Assembly: GCA_964421755.1 (NCBI GenBank)
Contig: CAYQYP010000061.1
Span: 24,143-88,142 of the forward strand
From: an uncultured Acidobacteriota bacterium
GTDB taxonomy: Bacteria; Acidobacteriota; UBA6911; RPQK01
DNA: 64,000 bases
Reading direction: 5' to 3'
This document shows, in pieces, positions 29,358 to 38,788 of this stretch (the stretch's first letter is position 1; every line of letters starts with the position of its first letter). Position numbers and translations under genes: made by a program. The notes under the pieces were generated by a model. The model saw nothing but the letters and a program-made list of their open reading frames with translations. It did not search any database and was not told the origin of the DNA.

Positions 29358-29871
29358 AAGTAAACATGGCGCCCGGGGGGTAGGAGAGCGGCCTGCCCGG
29401 CGAATCGTCTGAATCCAACGCCTTCAATCGGGCACCGTCGTTCCGAACGGGCACTCCAAGTGCAAGCACCTCGGTATCGATTCGAATTTTCTTCCCATCC
29501 ACTCGCAGCCGATTCAGGCGCATCGTCATAGCAGGCCGTTTACCTTTGGCCCTTGGAGATTCCTCGAGAGCGAACTCTCCGTTAACCTGCACCCCAGGGG
29601 AAAGAACCACGTGGCCGTTGGTTTTGACCGGCTGATCGAGCACCCCTTTAAAGGTCCCTTCTGAATCACTGGACGACAGCTTGTCCGTCAGCCGAATGTG
29701 CAGCTTGGTGCCTTTGGGAATAGTCAGACTCCTTTTTTGGGGGGGGCGGGGAATCAAGGAGTCGTCTTTCAGGGTGCTCAGATCCAGCCGGCTTCCCGCG
29801 GTAGACAGTATCGCGCCCGGTAATGCCATGAAAATGGCAACCAGCAGTATAAGGACCAGAACGCGATTCAT
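29314..29871 (-). CDS. Secreted or membrane-anchored hypothetical protein (186 aa) expressed from a sigma-54 promoter.
   Basis: N-terminal signal/TM MNRVLVLILLVAIFMALPGAI and SD GGAGactgtaaaATG. Its 3' end overlaps the convergent histidine-kinase gene by 44 bp. Confidence 0.55.
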   Translation of the reverse strand: MNRVLVLILLVAIFMALPGAILSTAGSRLDLSTLKDDSLIPRPPQKRSLTIPKGTKLHIRLTDKLSSSDSEGTFKGVLDQPVKTNGHVVLSPGVQVNGEFALEESPRAKGKRPAMTMRLNRLRVDGKKIRIDTEVLALGVPVRNDGARLKALDSDDSPGRPLSYPPGAMFTFRLAEPLEVPYERR

Positions 29872-29896
29872 TTTACAGTCTCCGCACAGGCAGTCC

Positions 29897-29913
29897 TGCA
29901 AGATTCGTGCCAA
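29897..29913 (-). promoter_or_regulatory. Consensus sigma-54 promoter TTGGCACGaatcTTGCA about 27 nt upstream of the 29871 ATG.
   Basis: The reverse complement of 29897-29913 reads TTGGCACGAATCTTGCA, a perfect match to TGGCACG-N4-TTGCA. Confidence 0.7.
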
Positions 29914-30227
29914 GCGGCCCAGGTTCTGGAGGGCCAGGGCCGGAGGCGCCACCGGGGCCCGACTTCGTTGTGAACAAAGGGGCCTGCAGCGGTGGGGCTG
30001 CAATCATCGAGTCGGTCGGCACGCCCTTCAAAAGTTGCCTGGCCGGGCGGTCACGGATATTTTCCCGGGTCGCACTACTTCTTTCCCCGTCTCCTTGCTT
30101 CCGTCTCTCCCTGTCTCCCCTCCGACTGCAATTGTCCTACAATGGTTAAAAAGAGATTCTCCGCGGACGAGTGTTCCCCGTGTTGTTGTGTATCGGCCGC
30201 GTGTTGCGTGTCCGTCGCCTTTCCATG

Positions 30228-31334
30228 ACCAAAGAAAACAACAAAGAGCTGGCGGCGCCGGGTCCGGCCAGAGATCAGACCGTCTTGGGCCAGACGGTGG
30301 ACATCCGGTCGGTCATGTTGACCGGTCTGTTCATGCTGGCCCTTTTCTACACCCTATATCTCGCCAGTGAATTCATCCTGCCTGTAATACTGGCTTTGCT
30401 TCTGGACTTTCTGCTGAGACCGGCAGTGCGGGTTCTCAGGAAAGCCCGCATTCCCGAAGCCGTAGGCGCCGCTGTGATTCTGCTGGCGTTCCTGTCGCTG
30501 CTCGCATTCGGCTTCTATCAACTGTCCGGGCCGGCAGGTAGGTGGATCGCGGAGGCACCCAAGGCATTACGTCGGATAGAAACCGAGGTCAAGAGCTGGC
30601 GGGGCCCTGTGCAACAGATGTCGAAGGCCGCTGAACAGGTCGACAGGATCACCACCGTGACACCTGAGAAACGTGTCGAGACGGTCGAGCTCAAGCAGCC
30701 CAGCCTCATCGATTCCCTGGTGAGCGGCACCCGCAGTGCGATCGCCGGGGTCGTCGTGGTTATGCTGCTGCTTTACTTTCTGCTGGCTTCGGGAGACCTG
30801 TTCCTAACCAAGCTTGTCCGTGTGCTGCCCACGCTGACCGACAAGAAGACCGCGGTCCAGGCGGCGTACGAAATGGAGGACCAGGTTTCGGTCTATCTGA
30901 CGACCGTCACGGCGATCAATATCGGCTTGGGAATCGCGGAAGCCAGCGCGATGTATCTGATCGGGATGCCGAATCCAGTCCTCTGGGGACTGATGGCAAC
31001 TGTTTTCAACTTCGTCCCGTATCTTGGGGCGCTGGTCGGGGCGACCGTAATCGGCACGGTGGGTTTCGTAACTTTCGGGGAACCTCAGTGGGCGGCTCTT
31101 GCGGCCGGGCTCTACCTGTTGATCACCTCGATCGAAGGCGGATTCGTAACCCCGATGCTGCTCGCCAGGCGCCTCACTTTGAACCCCGTTGTCGTCCTGA
31201 TCGGGGTCATATTCTGGGGCTGGCTCTGGGGGATCGCCGGGACACTGATTGCGGTCCCCCTCATGGTCACCTTCAAGATCCTTTGCGACCACATCAAGCC
31301 GCTCGCGCCCATTGGCGAGTTCATGGGCCAGTGA
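30228..31334 (+). CDS. AI-2E family transporter (PerM/YdiK/TqsA-like membrane protein).
   Basis: Eight predicted TM helices. Conserved C-terminal region …FVPYLGALVG…IAVPL…. Start at MTKENNK. Confidence 0.7.
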   Translation, partial: TKENNKELAAPGPARDQTVLGQTVDIRSVMLTGLFMLALFYTLYLASEFILPVILALLLDFLLRPAVRVLRKARIPEAVGAAVILLAFLSLLAFGFYQLSGPAGRWIAEAPKALRRIETEVKSWRGPVQQMSKAAEQVDRITTVTPEKRVETVELKQPSLIDSLVSGTRSAIAGVVVVMLLLYFLLASGDLFLTKLVRVLPTLTDKKTAVQAAYEMEDQVSVYLTTVTAINIGLGIAEASAMYLIGMPNPVLWGLMATVFNFVPYLGALVGATVIGTVGFVTFGEPQWAALAAGLYLLITSIEGGFVTPMLLARRLTLNPVVVLIGVIFWGWLWGIAGTLIAVPLMVTFKILCDHIKPLAPIGEFMGQ

Positions 31335-31338
31335 CTGG

Positions 31339-32646
31339 TTAGCTGCCGCCTCCATCGCGGGCAGGCGCCGGTGCCTGATACGACTGGATGATCGCCTGGT
31401 AAACCGCAGCCCTGAATTTTGGCTGGAGGTCGACTTTCGCCGGCATCAGTTGAGTCATGAAAACGGCCACCAATTTTTCAACTGGGTCGACCCAGTAGGT
31501 CGTGTAGTAGGCGCCGCCCCATCCGAACGCACCTACACTGCCCGGTTCTCCCGCCTTTCCCAGGTGTTCGATTACCCAAAAGCCCAGACCGAAGCCGGTG
31601 TTCCCGTTATTGTGCAAGTCGCCCACATGGTTGACCGTCATGAGCTGGACGGTTTTCGGACCGAGAATCCGGGCCCCCTCGAGTTCTCCCCCATTGAGCA
31701 GCATCTGCAGGAACCGGGCGTAGTCCTCCGCGGTGGCAAGCAGTCCCGCGCCGCCTGAGTAGGATACCTGTGGCCCTTTCACGTAGTCATTTTCCGTGGC
31801 CTTCTGAACCAGCTTGATGCGTCCGTCCTCGCCTGATGCGTAGACCGGTGTGAAGCGACCGATCTTATCCTGCGGAAGGTAGAAGTGCGTATCGACCATC
31901 TTCAGCGGATCGGTGATCCGGCTTTTGATGAAATCGGCCAGGCTCATTCCCGATACCTTTTCGACGACGTGCCCAAGAATGTCCGTGTTGAAACCGTAGA
32001 TAAACTTCTCGCCTGGTTGCGAATCGAATGGCAGGCCAGCGAGTGCCTTGATCGCTTCTCCCACCGGCCTCGTCTGGTCGGCAAAATACCAACCGTGCAC
32101 ATCGGCTGACTTGTAAAGCTCCTCGGCAGGACCCGATCCGTAGGAGATACCGGCGGTGTGCGTCAGCAGATCGCGAATGGTTATTTCGCGTTTGGCCGGC
32201 ACCGTGCTGTAGCCCTGTGAATCTTTCTCCGAGGCTTTGACAGCGACCCTGGAATTCTTGAACTCGGGGACGAACTTTGAGACCGGGTCGTTGAGCAGCA
32301 GTTCCCCCTCTTCATACAGGATCATGATCGCAACACTGGTCAGGGCCTTCGATTGCGAAGCTATGCGGAAGATGGCGTCGGTCGGCATGGGCGTGTTTGC
32401 TTCCACATCGAGCTTTCCGATTCCTTCGTAATGGACCACCTTGCCTTGCCGGGCAACCAGCGTCACAGCGCCGGCGATCTTGCCATCACGAACGTATTCC
32501 TGCATGAGGGAACTGATTCGTCCCAGGCGTTCGGATGACATGCCGACTGTCTCAGCTTTCGCACGGGGCAGTTTCTGACCAAAGGCGGAGGTAACCAAAA
32601 CGAGCAGGACGACGCAAAGAACCGTTTGCTTCAGCGCTCTTTTCAT
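31339..32646 (-). CDS. Secreted serine hydrolase of the beta-lactamase / penicillin-binding-protein-like (class C, esterase) family.
   Basis: Signal peptide. Catalytic SxxK motif (ASQSKAL). Length and downstream YxN/HTxG-type motifs are consistent with family. Confidence 0.75.
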   Translation of the reverse strand: MKRALKQTVLCVVLLVLVTSAFGQKLPRAKAETVGMSSERLGRISSLMQEYVRDGKIAGAVTLVARQGKVVHYEGIGKLDVEANTPMPTDAIFRIASQSKALTSVAIMILYEEGELLLNDPVSKFVPEFKNSRVAVKASEKDSQGYSTVPAKREITIRDLLTHTAGISYGSGPAEELYKSADVHGWYFADQTRPVGEAIKALAGLPFDSQPGEKFIYGFNTDILGHVVEKVSGMSLADFIKSRITDPLKMVDTHFYLPQDKIGRFTPVYASGEDGRIKLVQKATENDYVKGPQVSYSGGAGLLATAEDYARFLQMLLNGGELEGARILGPKTVQLMTVNHVGDLHNNGNTGFGLGFWVIEHLGKAGEPGSVGAFGWGGAYYTTYWVDPVEKLVAVFMTQLMPAKVDLQPKFRAAVYQAIIQSYQAPAPARDGGGS

Positions 32647-32724
32647 GCCGCCTATCTTACCGCTGCGGTGAAGCGGAGGACCAGACGTAATGGCGAGTGG
32701 CGCCCACTTATTGACGTTGCAACT

Positions 32725-32782
32725 GGGCCGAAAAGCGGCGGATTCGCCGTTCAGAATCCGCCGCTTTTCGGCCCGGTTGGCA
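32725..32782. repeat. Short copy (core hairpin) of the palindromic repeat family (GGGCCGAAAAGCGGCGGATTCgccgtTCAGAATCCGCCGCTTTTCGGCCC).
   Basis: Read directly. It lies in the divergent promoter region between the beta-lactamase-like and gluconolactonase genes. Confidence 0.75.
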
Positions 32783-32817
32783 ATCACTGTCAGTTGCGTT
32801 AGGCTCGTTTTATCCAC

Positions 32818-33682
32818 CATGAAACTCCAAGACATCATTTCCCCAGGAACCGAGTTCCAGGTGCTTGGTACAGGGTACGGATTCACAGAAGGGCCGGCGG
32901 CCGATGGGCTGGGCAACGTGTATTTTTCGGACGGACAAAACGACTCCATTCACTTTTGCGAGATCGGAAAGCCGATCACGCTCTTCGTCGCGGACAGCAC
33001 GGACGCCAACGGCATGATGTTCAACCATAAGGGAGAACTGCTGGTCTGTGAGGGCGCGGCTCATCGCATCGTCGCTATCGACGTCCAGTCCAGGGCGAAA
33101 CGCATTCTCGCCTCGCAAATCTATGGTACGCACTTCAACGAGCCAAACGACCTGAGCGTCGATGAGGTGGATGGATTTTACTTTACGGACCCTAATTATG
33201 GGCATCGCGGGCAAGCGACCGTAATGAAGGAGGACGCTTATTACTGCAGCCCAGAGGGCCGGGTCAGCCGCGTCTCTACTGTTTGCGTGAAGCCGAATGG
33301 TGTTATTCTCTCGCCGGACGGTAAAGTACTGTACCTTGCCGACAACCGCGGAGAGCGGATCTACAAGTATGACGTAACTGCACCTGGCCGGTTGACAAAC
33401 GAACGAGGGTGGATCGAGCTCGGGGCGCGACCCGACGGCATGACGCTTGATGTTCACCGGAATCTGTATGTCGGATGCGGAGATGCCGGTGTTAAGGTCT
33501 ACTCCCCCTCGGCTGAGTATATAGGCGCGATATCGGTTCCGTACGCGTCAAATCTGGTTTTTGGCGGCACTGATTTCACCACCCTTTTCATCACTTCCCG
33601 CGACAAGTTGCTCTCTATTCGTACCCGGGTCGAAGGAATCAGGCCTCCGGGAAGTGGGCAGCGAACGCGACTAACGGGATGA
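32818..33682 (+). CDS. SMP-30/gluconolactonase/LRE-family protein (six-bladed beta-propeller lactonase).
   Basis: [16 protein letters not shown] and NEPNDL…DGF motifs typical of gluconolactonases. Start at the ATG downstream of the repeat element. Confidence 0.75.
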
Positions 33683-33730
33683 CAGGGCGTCGCGCTTCGC
33701 ATATGATCCGTACTTCGAAAGGATTCGACA

Positions 33731-35050
33731 ATGGCGAGTGACAATAAGCAAAATCGTCGTGAGTTTCTCATTGGATCCGGGGCGCTCTTGACCGCGGCCG
33801 TCGGCTTCCCGACGATCGTCCCCAGTAATGTGCTCGGGCGAGGCGCGGGGGTGGCTCCGAGTAACCAGGTGATTCTCGCCTGCATCGGAGTCGGCTGGCA
33901 GGGCACATCCAACATGGAAACCTTCCTCGAGGACAATAACGCCCGCATTGTTGCGGTCTGCGACATCGACAAGGAGCACCTGGAGAATGCTCGCGACATC
34001 GTCAACAAGGCCTACGGGAACAGCGACTGCCGGACCTTTCACAACTACGAAGATGTAATCGGGCGGCAGGATATCGATGCGCTTTCGCTCGGGCTCCCCG
34101 ACCACTGGCATGCCATTCCTGCCGTCGCGGCCGCTGCAGCAGGCAAGGATATTTACGGTGAGAAGCCATTGGCACACAACTGGGCGGAGGGCCGCGCCAT
34201 CTGCGACGCTGTCAAGCGCTACGGACGGGTCTGGCAAACCGGAAGCTGGCAACGCTCGATTGACAATTTTCGCTTCGGATGCGAGTTGGTGCTGAACGGG
34301 CGCATCGGAAAGGTCCATACGATCGAGGTTGGACTCCCCGATGGGCATACCGATTTCGCCGGAACCAGAGGTCTGGAAGACCCCGGCCCACCTCCGCCCA
34401 CCCTCGATTACGAACGATGGCTAGGTCCTGCCCCCTTCGCTCCCTACTGCGTGGCGCGAGTCCACAAGAACTGGCGGTGGAACCTCGATTACGCCGGAGG
34501 CCAGATTATGGATTGGGTCGGACATCATGTCGACATCGGCCACTGGGGCGCTGGTCTGGACTACGAGGGGCCTGTCAAGGTGGATGGCGAGGGAACCTAC
34601 CCAGACCGTGGAAAGCTCTGGAACACAGCTACCCGATACAGGGTCAATGCAAAGTATGCAAATGGGATCAAGATGATCATCGCCGGAGGCCACTCGGACA
34701 TCCGAAGCGGCACAAAATGGATCGGCGATCAGGGATGGGTTTGGGTAAATCGGGGAGCCATCGATGCCGAACCGAAGAGCCTGCTGAAGGTCAAGCTGGC
34801 ACCCGGCGACATTCACCTGTTTCGGTCACCCGGTCACACCCGCGAGTTCATTCAGTGCGTTAAGAGCAGGGGCCTGACTCTTTGTCCGGCCGAAGTCGCT
34901 CACCGTTCTGCGACTCCGGGATTCCTGGGCCAGATCGCAATGCTGACCGGCCGGGAAATCACGTGGGATCCGGTCAACGAGAAGATTCTGGGAGACCCTC
35001 AAGCCGAGCGATTGTTGTCCAGACCCATGCGCAGCCCGTGGCACCTTTAG
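33731..35050 (+). CDS. Tat-exported Gfo/Idh/MocA-family oxidoreductase.
   Basis: Tat motif NRREFLIGSGALLTAA. Rossmann motif CIGVGWQG. EKP motif. Confidence 0.8.
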   Translation: MASDNKQNRREFLIGSGALLTAAVGFPTIVPSNVLGRGAGVAPSNQVILACIGVGWQGTSNMETFLEDNNARIVAVCDIDKEHLENARDIVNKAYGNSDCRTFHNYEDVIGRQDIDALSLGLPDHWHAIPAVAAAAAGKDIYGEKPLAHNWAEGRAICDAVKRYGRVWQTGSWQRSIDNFRFGCELVLNGRIGKVHTIEVGLPDGHTDFAGTRGLEDPGPPPPTLDYERWLGPAPFAPYCVARVHKNWRWNLDYAGGQIMDWVGHHVDIGHWGAGLDYEGPVKVDGEGTYPDRGKLWNTATRYRVNAKYANGIKMIIAGGHSDIRSGTKWIGDQGWVWVNRGAIDAEPKSLLKVKLAPGDIHLFRSPGHTREFIQCVKSRGLTLCPAEVAHRSATPGFLGQIAMLTGREITWDPVNEKILGDPQAERLLSRPMRSPWHL

Positions 35051-35082
35051 GATTTTCGGCAGCACATATTTCGGAGAATAGT

Positions 35083-37095
35083 ATGAGGAATCGTAACGTT
35101 CCGCTGGTTATTTCGCTGATGCTGTTGACGCTGGTGTTTCCTGGTGGCCTGCTCGCCCTCCAACAGCCGGGGACGAGCCAGGAAGCCGTGAAGGCGCCTG
35201 CAACCCTTGCCGACTTGGAGCCGTTCCTGACTCAGGTCGCTTCCTACAAGTATGGTCAGGATCGCAAGCCGCTTGCCGCTGTAATTGAGTTCGTTCGCAA
35301 TGCATACGTATCTGGAAAAGAAGTACCCGAGTTAGAGAAGAGGCTTGTCCAAATGCTTTCGTCGGCTGGGACCGAGGATGGCAAGCGTTTCGTGTGCGAA
35401 CAGTTAAGCCTGATCGGGACCGCGGCCGCCGTGCCGGTTCTTTCCGGAATGTTGGCTGACCCCAAGAGTTCGGATATGGCCCGGTACGCGCTCGAGCGCA
35501 TCAGCGATCCGGAAGCCAGCGAGGCTCTGGTCAAGGCTTTGAGCTCTACAACCGGCAAGGTGCGAATCGGAGTGATCAACAGCCTGGGGCGACGCGGCGA
35601 TTCGCGGGCGCCGGTCGTTGGCGCTCTTAAACCGTTCATCTCGAACCGGGATGAGGACACGGCGGTCGCCGCAATAACGGCTGTCGGCTTTATCGGCAAT
35701 GTGGAGGCGGCCGTTCTGCTCGCCGATGCCCGTCGGAAAGCCTCGTCTTCTCTGCGGTTGAGGACCACAGATGCCTATCTGAACTGTGCCGAACGTATGG
35801 CGAAGGGTGGCGACAGGGGATCGGCGGTTAAGATCTACCAGGAGCTTAACTCGGCGCTCGAGACTCCCCTGGTCCAAATCGCGGCGCTTCGCGGCATCGC
35901 GGCCTTGGAAGGGGCGGGAGCCAAAACTGCGCTCGTGGCCGCGCTCGACAAGGGGCGTCCCGTCGTCCAGGCGGGAGTGGTCCGCCTGCTCGCGGCGCTG
36001 CCTGGAGAGGCGACGACCGGGCTGCTCGTGGAGCGCTACGGCAAATTGCCGCCGAGCGTCCAGGCCCAGGTCCTGTCGGCGCTCGTCGACCGGGGGGATC
36101 CCGGTGCCAAGGGACTGGTCCAGCAGGCCGCCAGTAGCCCGGAGCTCAATATTCGCGTGGCCGCCATCGAGGGAATGAGCAAGGTCGGCGACTCTTCGGC
36201 GGTCGTCTTCCTTGCCGAGCGTGCCGCAAACACCCAGGATCCGGAGAAGGGTGCCGCCCGCTTCAGCTTGTACCGGTTGGCTGGCGCCGATGTAGACCAG
36301 ACCATCCTCGGGAGCCTCGAGGTGTCGGACCCGAAAGTAAAGACGGAGCTGATTCGTGCTATCGGCGAACGCAGGATCTACTCGGGGATCGATGCCCTGC
36401 TCAAGGCGGCTGGGGATGCAAATTCCCAGGTGAGGAGGGAGTCATTCCGCGCCTTGAGGGAGACGGCGGGTGCGGAACAGATGCCTCAGTTGGTGTCGCT
36501 GCTCGTGGCCGCTAAGCCGGGTGCGGAACGCACCGATGCCGAGGCCGCCGTTGTGGCGGTCATTCGAAGAAGTGAGAACAGGACGCTCGTTGATCAGGTG
36601 GCCTCTGCATTGCCGAAAGCCACGGATCCTGAGGCCAAGTCTTCGCTCCTGCTGGTGCTCGGAACTGTCGGAAGTCGGTCGTCTTTACCGCTTCTGAAGG
36701 ATGCGCTGAAGAGCACCGAGGATGATGTCCGACGCGGAGCCATCCTGGGACTGTCACAGTGGCCTGGCCCCGAGCCTATTCCCGATCTGCTGGAAGTTGC
36801 CAAGAACGACCCGAGCGAGACCCATCGCGTGCTCGCTCTTCGGGCTTACATCCGCCTGGTCGCCCGGCCCCGCTTCAGAAGCCGTTCCGAAACTGCCAAA
36901 ATGCTCGGTGAAGCGCTGAAAATCGCCCAGGAGGATGCGGAGAAACGCGCCGTTCTGGCCGCTTTGCCTGATTTCGCGTCGCCCGAGGCACTGCAGTTGG
37001 CCGAAGGATTAAAAAAGGAAGCCAACCTCGCCGGCGAGGCGAACGTCGCGGTCGAAAAAATCAAGACCGCCCTGGCAGCCCAGCCGCAGCGCTAG
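35083..37095 (+). CDS. Secreted HEAT/PBS-lyase repeat protein.
   Basis: Signal peptide MRNRNVPLVISLMLLTLVFPGGLLA. Numerous roughly 30-aa repeats with A/V…R…A…ALG…GD periodicity. No CxxCH heme motif. Confidence 0.7.
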   Translation: MRNRNVPLVISLMLLTLVFPGGLLALQQPGTSQEAVKAPATLADLEPFLTQVASYKYGQDRKPLAAVIEFVRNAYVSGKEVPELEKRLVQMLSSAGTEDGKRFVCEQLSLIGTAAAVPVLSGMLADPKSSDMARYALERISDPEASEALVKALSSTTGKVRIGVINSLGRRGDSRAPVVGALKPFISNRDEDTAVAAITAVGFIGNVEAAVLLADARRKASSSLRLRTTDAYLNCAERMAKGGDRGSAVKIYQELNSALETPLVQIAALRGIAALEGAGAKTALVAALDKGRPVVQAGVVRLLAALPGEATTGLLVERYGKLPPSVQAQVLSALVDRGDPGAKGLVQQAASSPELNIRVAAIEGMSKVGDSSAVVFLAERAANTQDPEKGAARFSLYRLAGADVDQTILGSLEVSDPKVKTELIRAIGERRIYSGIDALLKAAGDANSQVRRESFRALRETAGAEQMPQLVSLLVAAKPGAERTDAEAAVVAVIRRSENRTLVDQVASALPKATDPEAKSSLLLVLGTVGSRSSLPLLKDALKSTEDDVRRGAILGLSQWPGPEPIPDLLEVAKNDPSETHRVLALRAYIRLVARPRFRSRSETAKMLGEALKIAQEDAEKRAVLAALPDFASPEALQLAEGLKKEANLAGEANVAVEKIKTALAAQPQR

Positions 37096-37100
37096 GTTCT

Positions 37101-37229
37101 GAGCAGGACCGACCGGGCCGCAAAAGCGGCGGATTCTGAAAAGCGAATCCGTCCTGCGACTGCTCGCCGTGCGAAAGCGATCGGTTGTAGGGCGGATTCA
37201 CTTTTCAGAATCCGCCGCTTTTGCGGCCC
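37101..37229. repeat. Copy C of the nested palindromic repeat element.
   Basis: GACCGGGCCGCAAAAGCGGCGGATTCTGAAAAGCGAATCCG…GGGCGGATTCACTTTTCAGAATCCGCCGCTTTTGCGGCCCGGTTGGCA. Confidence 0.8.
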
Positions 37230-37396
37230 GGTTGGCAACCATTTACCGCCAAGAGTGTAATCAACTGAACGGTTTCCGCTATTTAGGCGGCTTCTGCCCC
37301 CAACCTGCCGTCCGATTTGCATTTAGCGCCTCAACTGTTGATAATCTCCGTAATACCTGCGCGTTCTCTGGTACGCAACCTATTAATTGATAATCT

Positions 37397-38779
37397 ATGA
37401 AAAGCCAGATCAGCAGAACCGTTACTTTTTGGACGATTGCCGCATTCGTCTCCTTCGGCGTTGGGACAGGGCTGGCGGGACAATCACAGACTGAAGCTGC
37501 ACCGGGGCAATCCGGTTCGCCGGCACCCCTTCCGACTACCGAATCCTCGCCGGACCAGTCGGACAGCAGGATTGAGGAGCTCAAAGCTCGACGGCGTGCC
37601 CAGGCAGGCAAGTCGCGGGAGAAACATCTGTCCGGGTTCGAACGCGGCTTAGCCGAAATGGAAAAGACACGGTTCTACAGGATCCTGAACTTTAATTACA
37701 GAGGACTGTATCCTCAATTCGCCACCCTGAGCACCGGATCAGGCTTTGCTCCGGGAGCGCGTTTCTGGCGACCGAATATCGCGGGGTTGCCGCTTGACCT
37801 GCAGGCTTCCGGTGCCTATTCGTTCAATGGTTATCAACGTTACGGCCTGCAGTTCGGACACATCCAGAAGCGGGGCAGTTCCTTCAGCTTGGAAGGAGTC
37901 GGGATTGGGGCGGCCGCGCAGTTCGACGAGGCTACGCCCAAGGAACCGGGTTTTTTCCTCTATGGGGATCTAACCTACCGGTTTTATCCACAGGAAGATT
38001 TCTTCGGCCTCGGACCGTCTTCACTAGACGCTGACCGCACCGACTTTCTGCAGGAGGACATGTCCTACGACGCAGTTGGCGGCTGGCAGGTGAACCGGTG
38101 GTTGGGTGCGGCTGTCCGGCTTGGCTACCTTCAGGTCAACGTCAACCGGGGAACGGACGGGCGGTTTCCGGACACGCAAGACCTGTTCACCGACCTGCAG
38201 GCGCCTGGTCTGGACCGCCAGCCTGATTTTCTGGATATCACCGGCGCGGTTCTGATCGATTACCGCGATCGCCCGGGCAACCCGCACAAGGGGGGGATGA
38301 TCGGGTTCTATCTTTCCCGGCATGACGAGAGGAAAGGGCATGAGTTTGAATTCAAACGGGCAGCGTTGGACATCCGGCAGTTCATCCCGCTTTTCTCCGA
38401 GCAGAGAGTCATAGCCGTGCGGTTTTTCACCTCAGCGGATGATGCTGACAACGGAAGTCGCATCCCGTTCTTCCTCGAGGAGCACCTGGGCGGATCGGAG
38501 ACCTTGCGCGGTTTCAGGGAGTTTCGCTTTCGTGATCAACGGCTCATGTACCTGTCCGCTGAGTACCGTTGGGAAGCCGCCCACTTCCTCGAACTGGCGC
38601 TCTTCTATGATACGGGCAAGGTCTTCTCGCAACGGTCCGACTTCAAGTTCGACAACATGGAGAAGAGCATCGGGGGGGGCATCCGGTTCAAAACACCGCA
38701 CGCAACCGTCCTGAGGATCGACATGGGACGAAGCGACGAGGGCAACCGATTTTTCTTCAAGTTTGGGCCTTCTTTCTAG
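37397..38779 (+). CDS. Omp85-family outer-membrane beta-barrel protein (bacterial surface antigen D15/TpsB-like, short form).
   Basis: Signal peptide. C-terminal barrel motifs (LRGFREFRFRDQRLMYLSAEYRWE…LALFYDTGKVF…FFFKFGPSF) match Omp85 C-terminal signatures. Confidence 0.7.
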   Translation: MKSQISRTVTFWTIAAFVSFGVGTGLAGQSQTEAAPGQSGSPAPLPTTESSPDQSDSRIEELKARRRAQAGKSREKHLSGFERGLAEMEKTRFYRILNFNYRGLYPQFATLSTGSGFAPGARFWRPNIAGLPLDLQASGAYSFNGYQRYGLQFGHIQKRGSSFSLEGVGIGAAAQFDEATPKEPGFFLYGDLTYRFYPQEDFFGLGPSSLDADRTDFLQEDMSYDAVGGWQVNRWLGAAVRLGYLQVNVNRGTDGRFPDTQDLFTDLQAPGLDRQPDFLDITGAVLIDYRDRPGNPHKGGMIGFYLSRHDERKGHEFEFKRAALDIRQFIPLFSEQRVIAVRFFTSADDADNGSRIPFFLEEHLGGSETLRGFREFRFRDQRLMYLSAEYRWEAAHFLELALFYDTGKVFSQRSDFKFDNMEKSIGGGIRFKTPHATVLRIDMGRSDEGNRFFFKFGPSF

Positions 38780-38788
38780 CGAGTCGAT

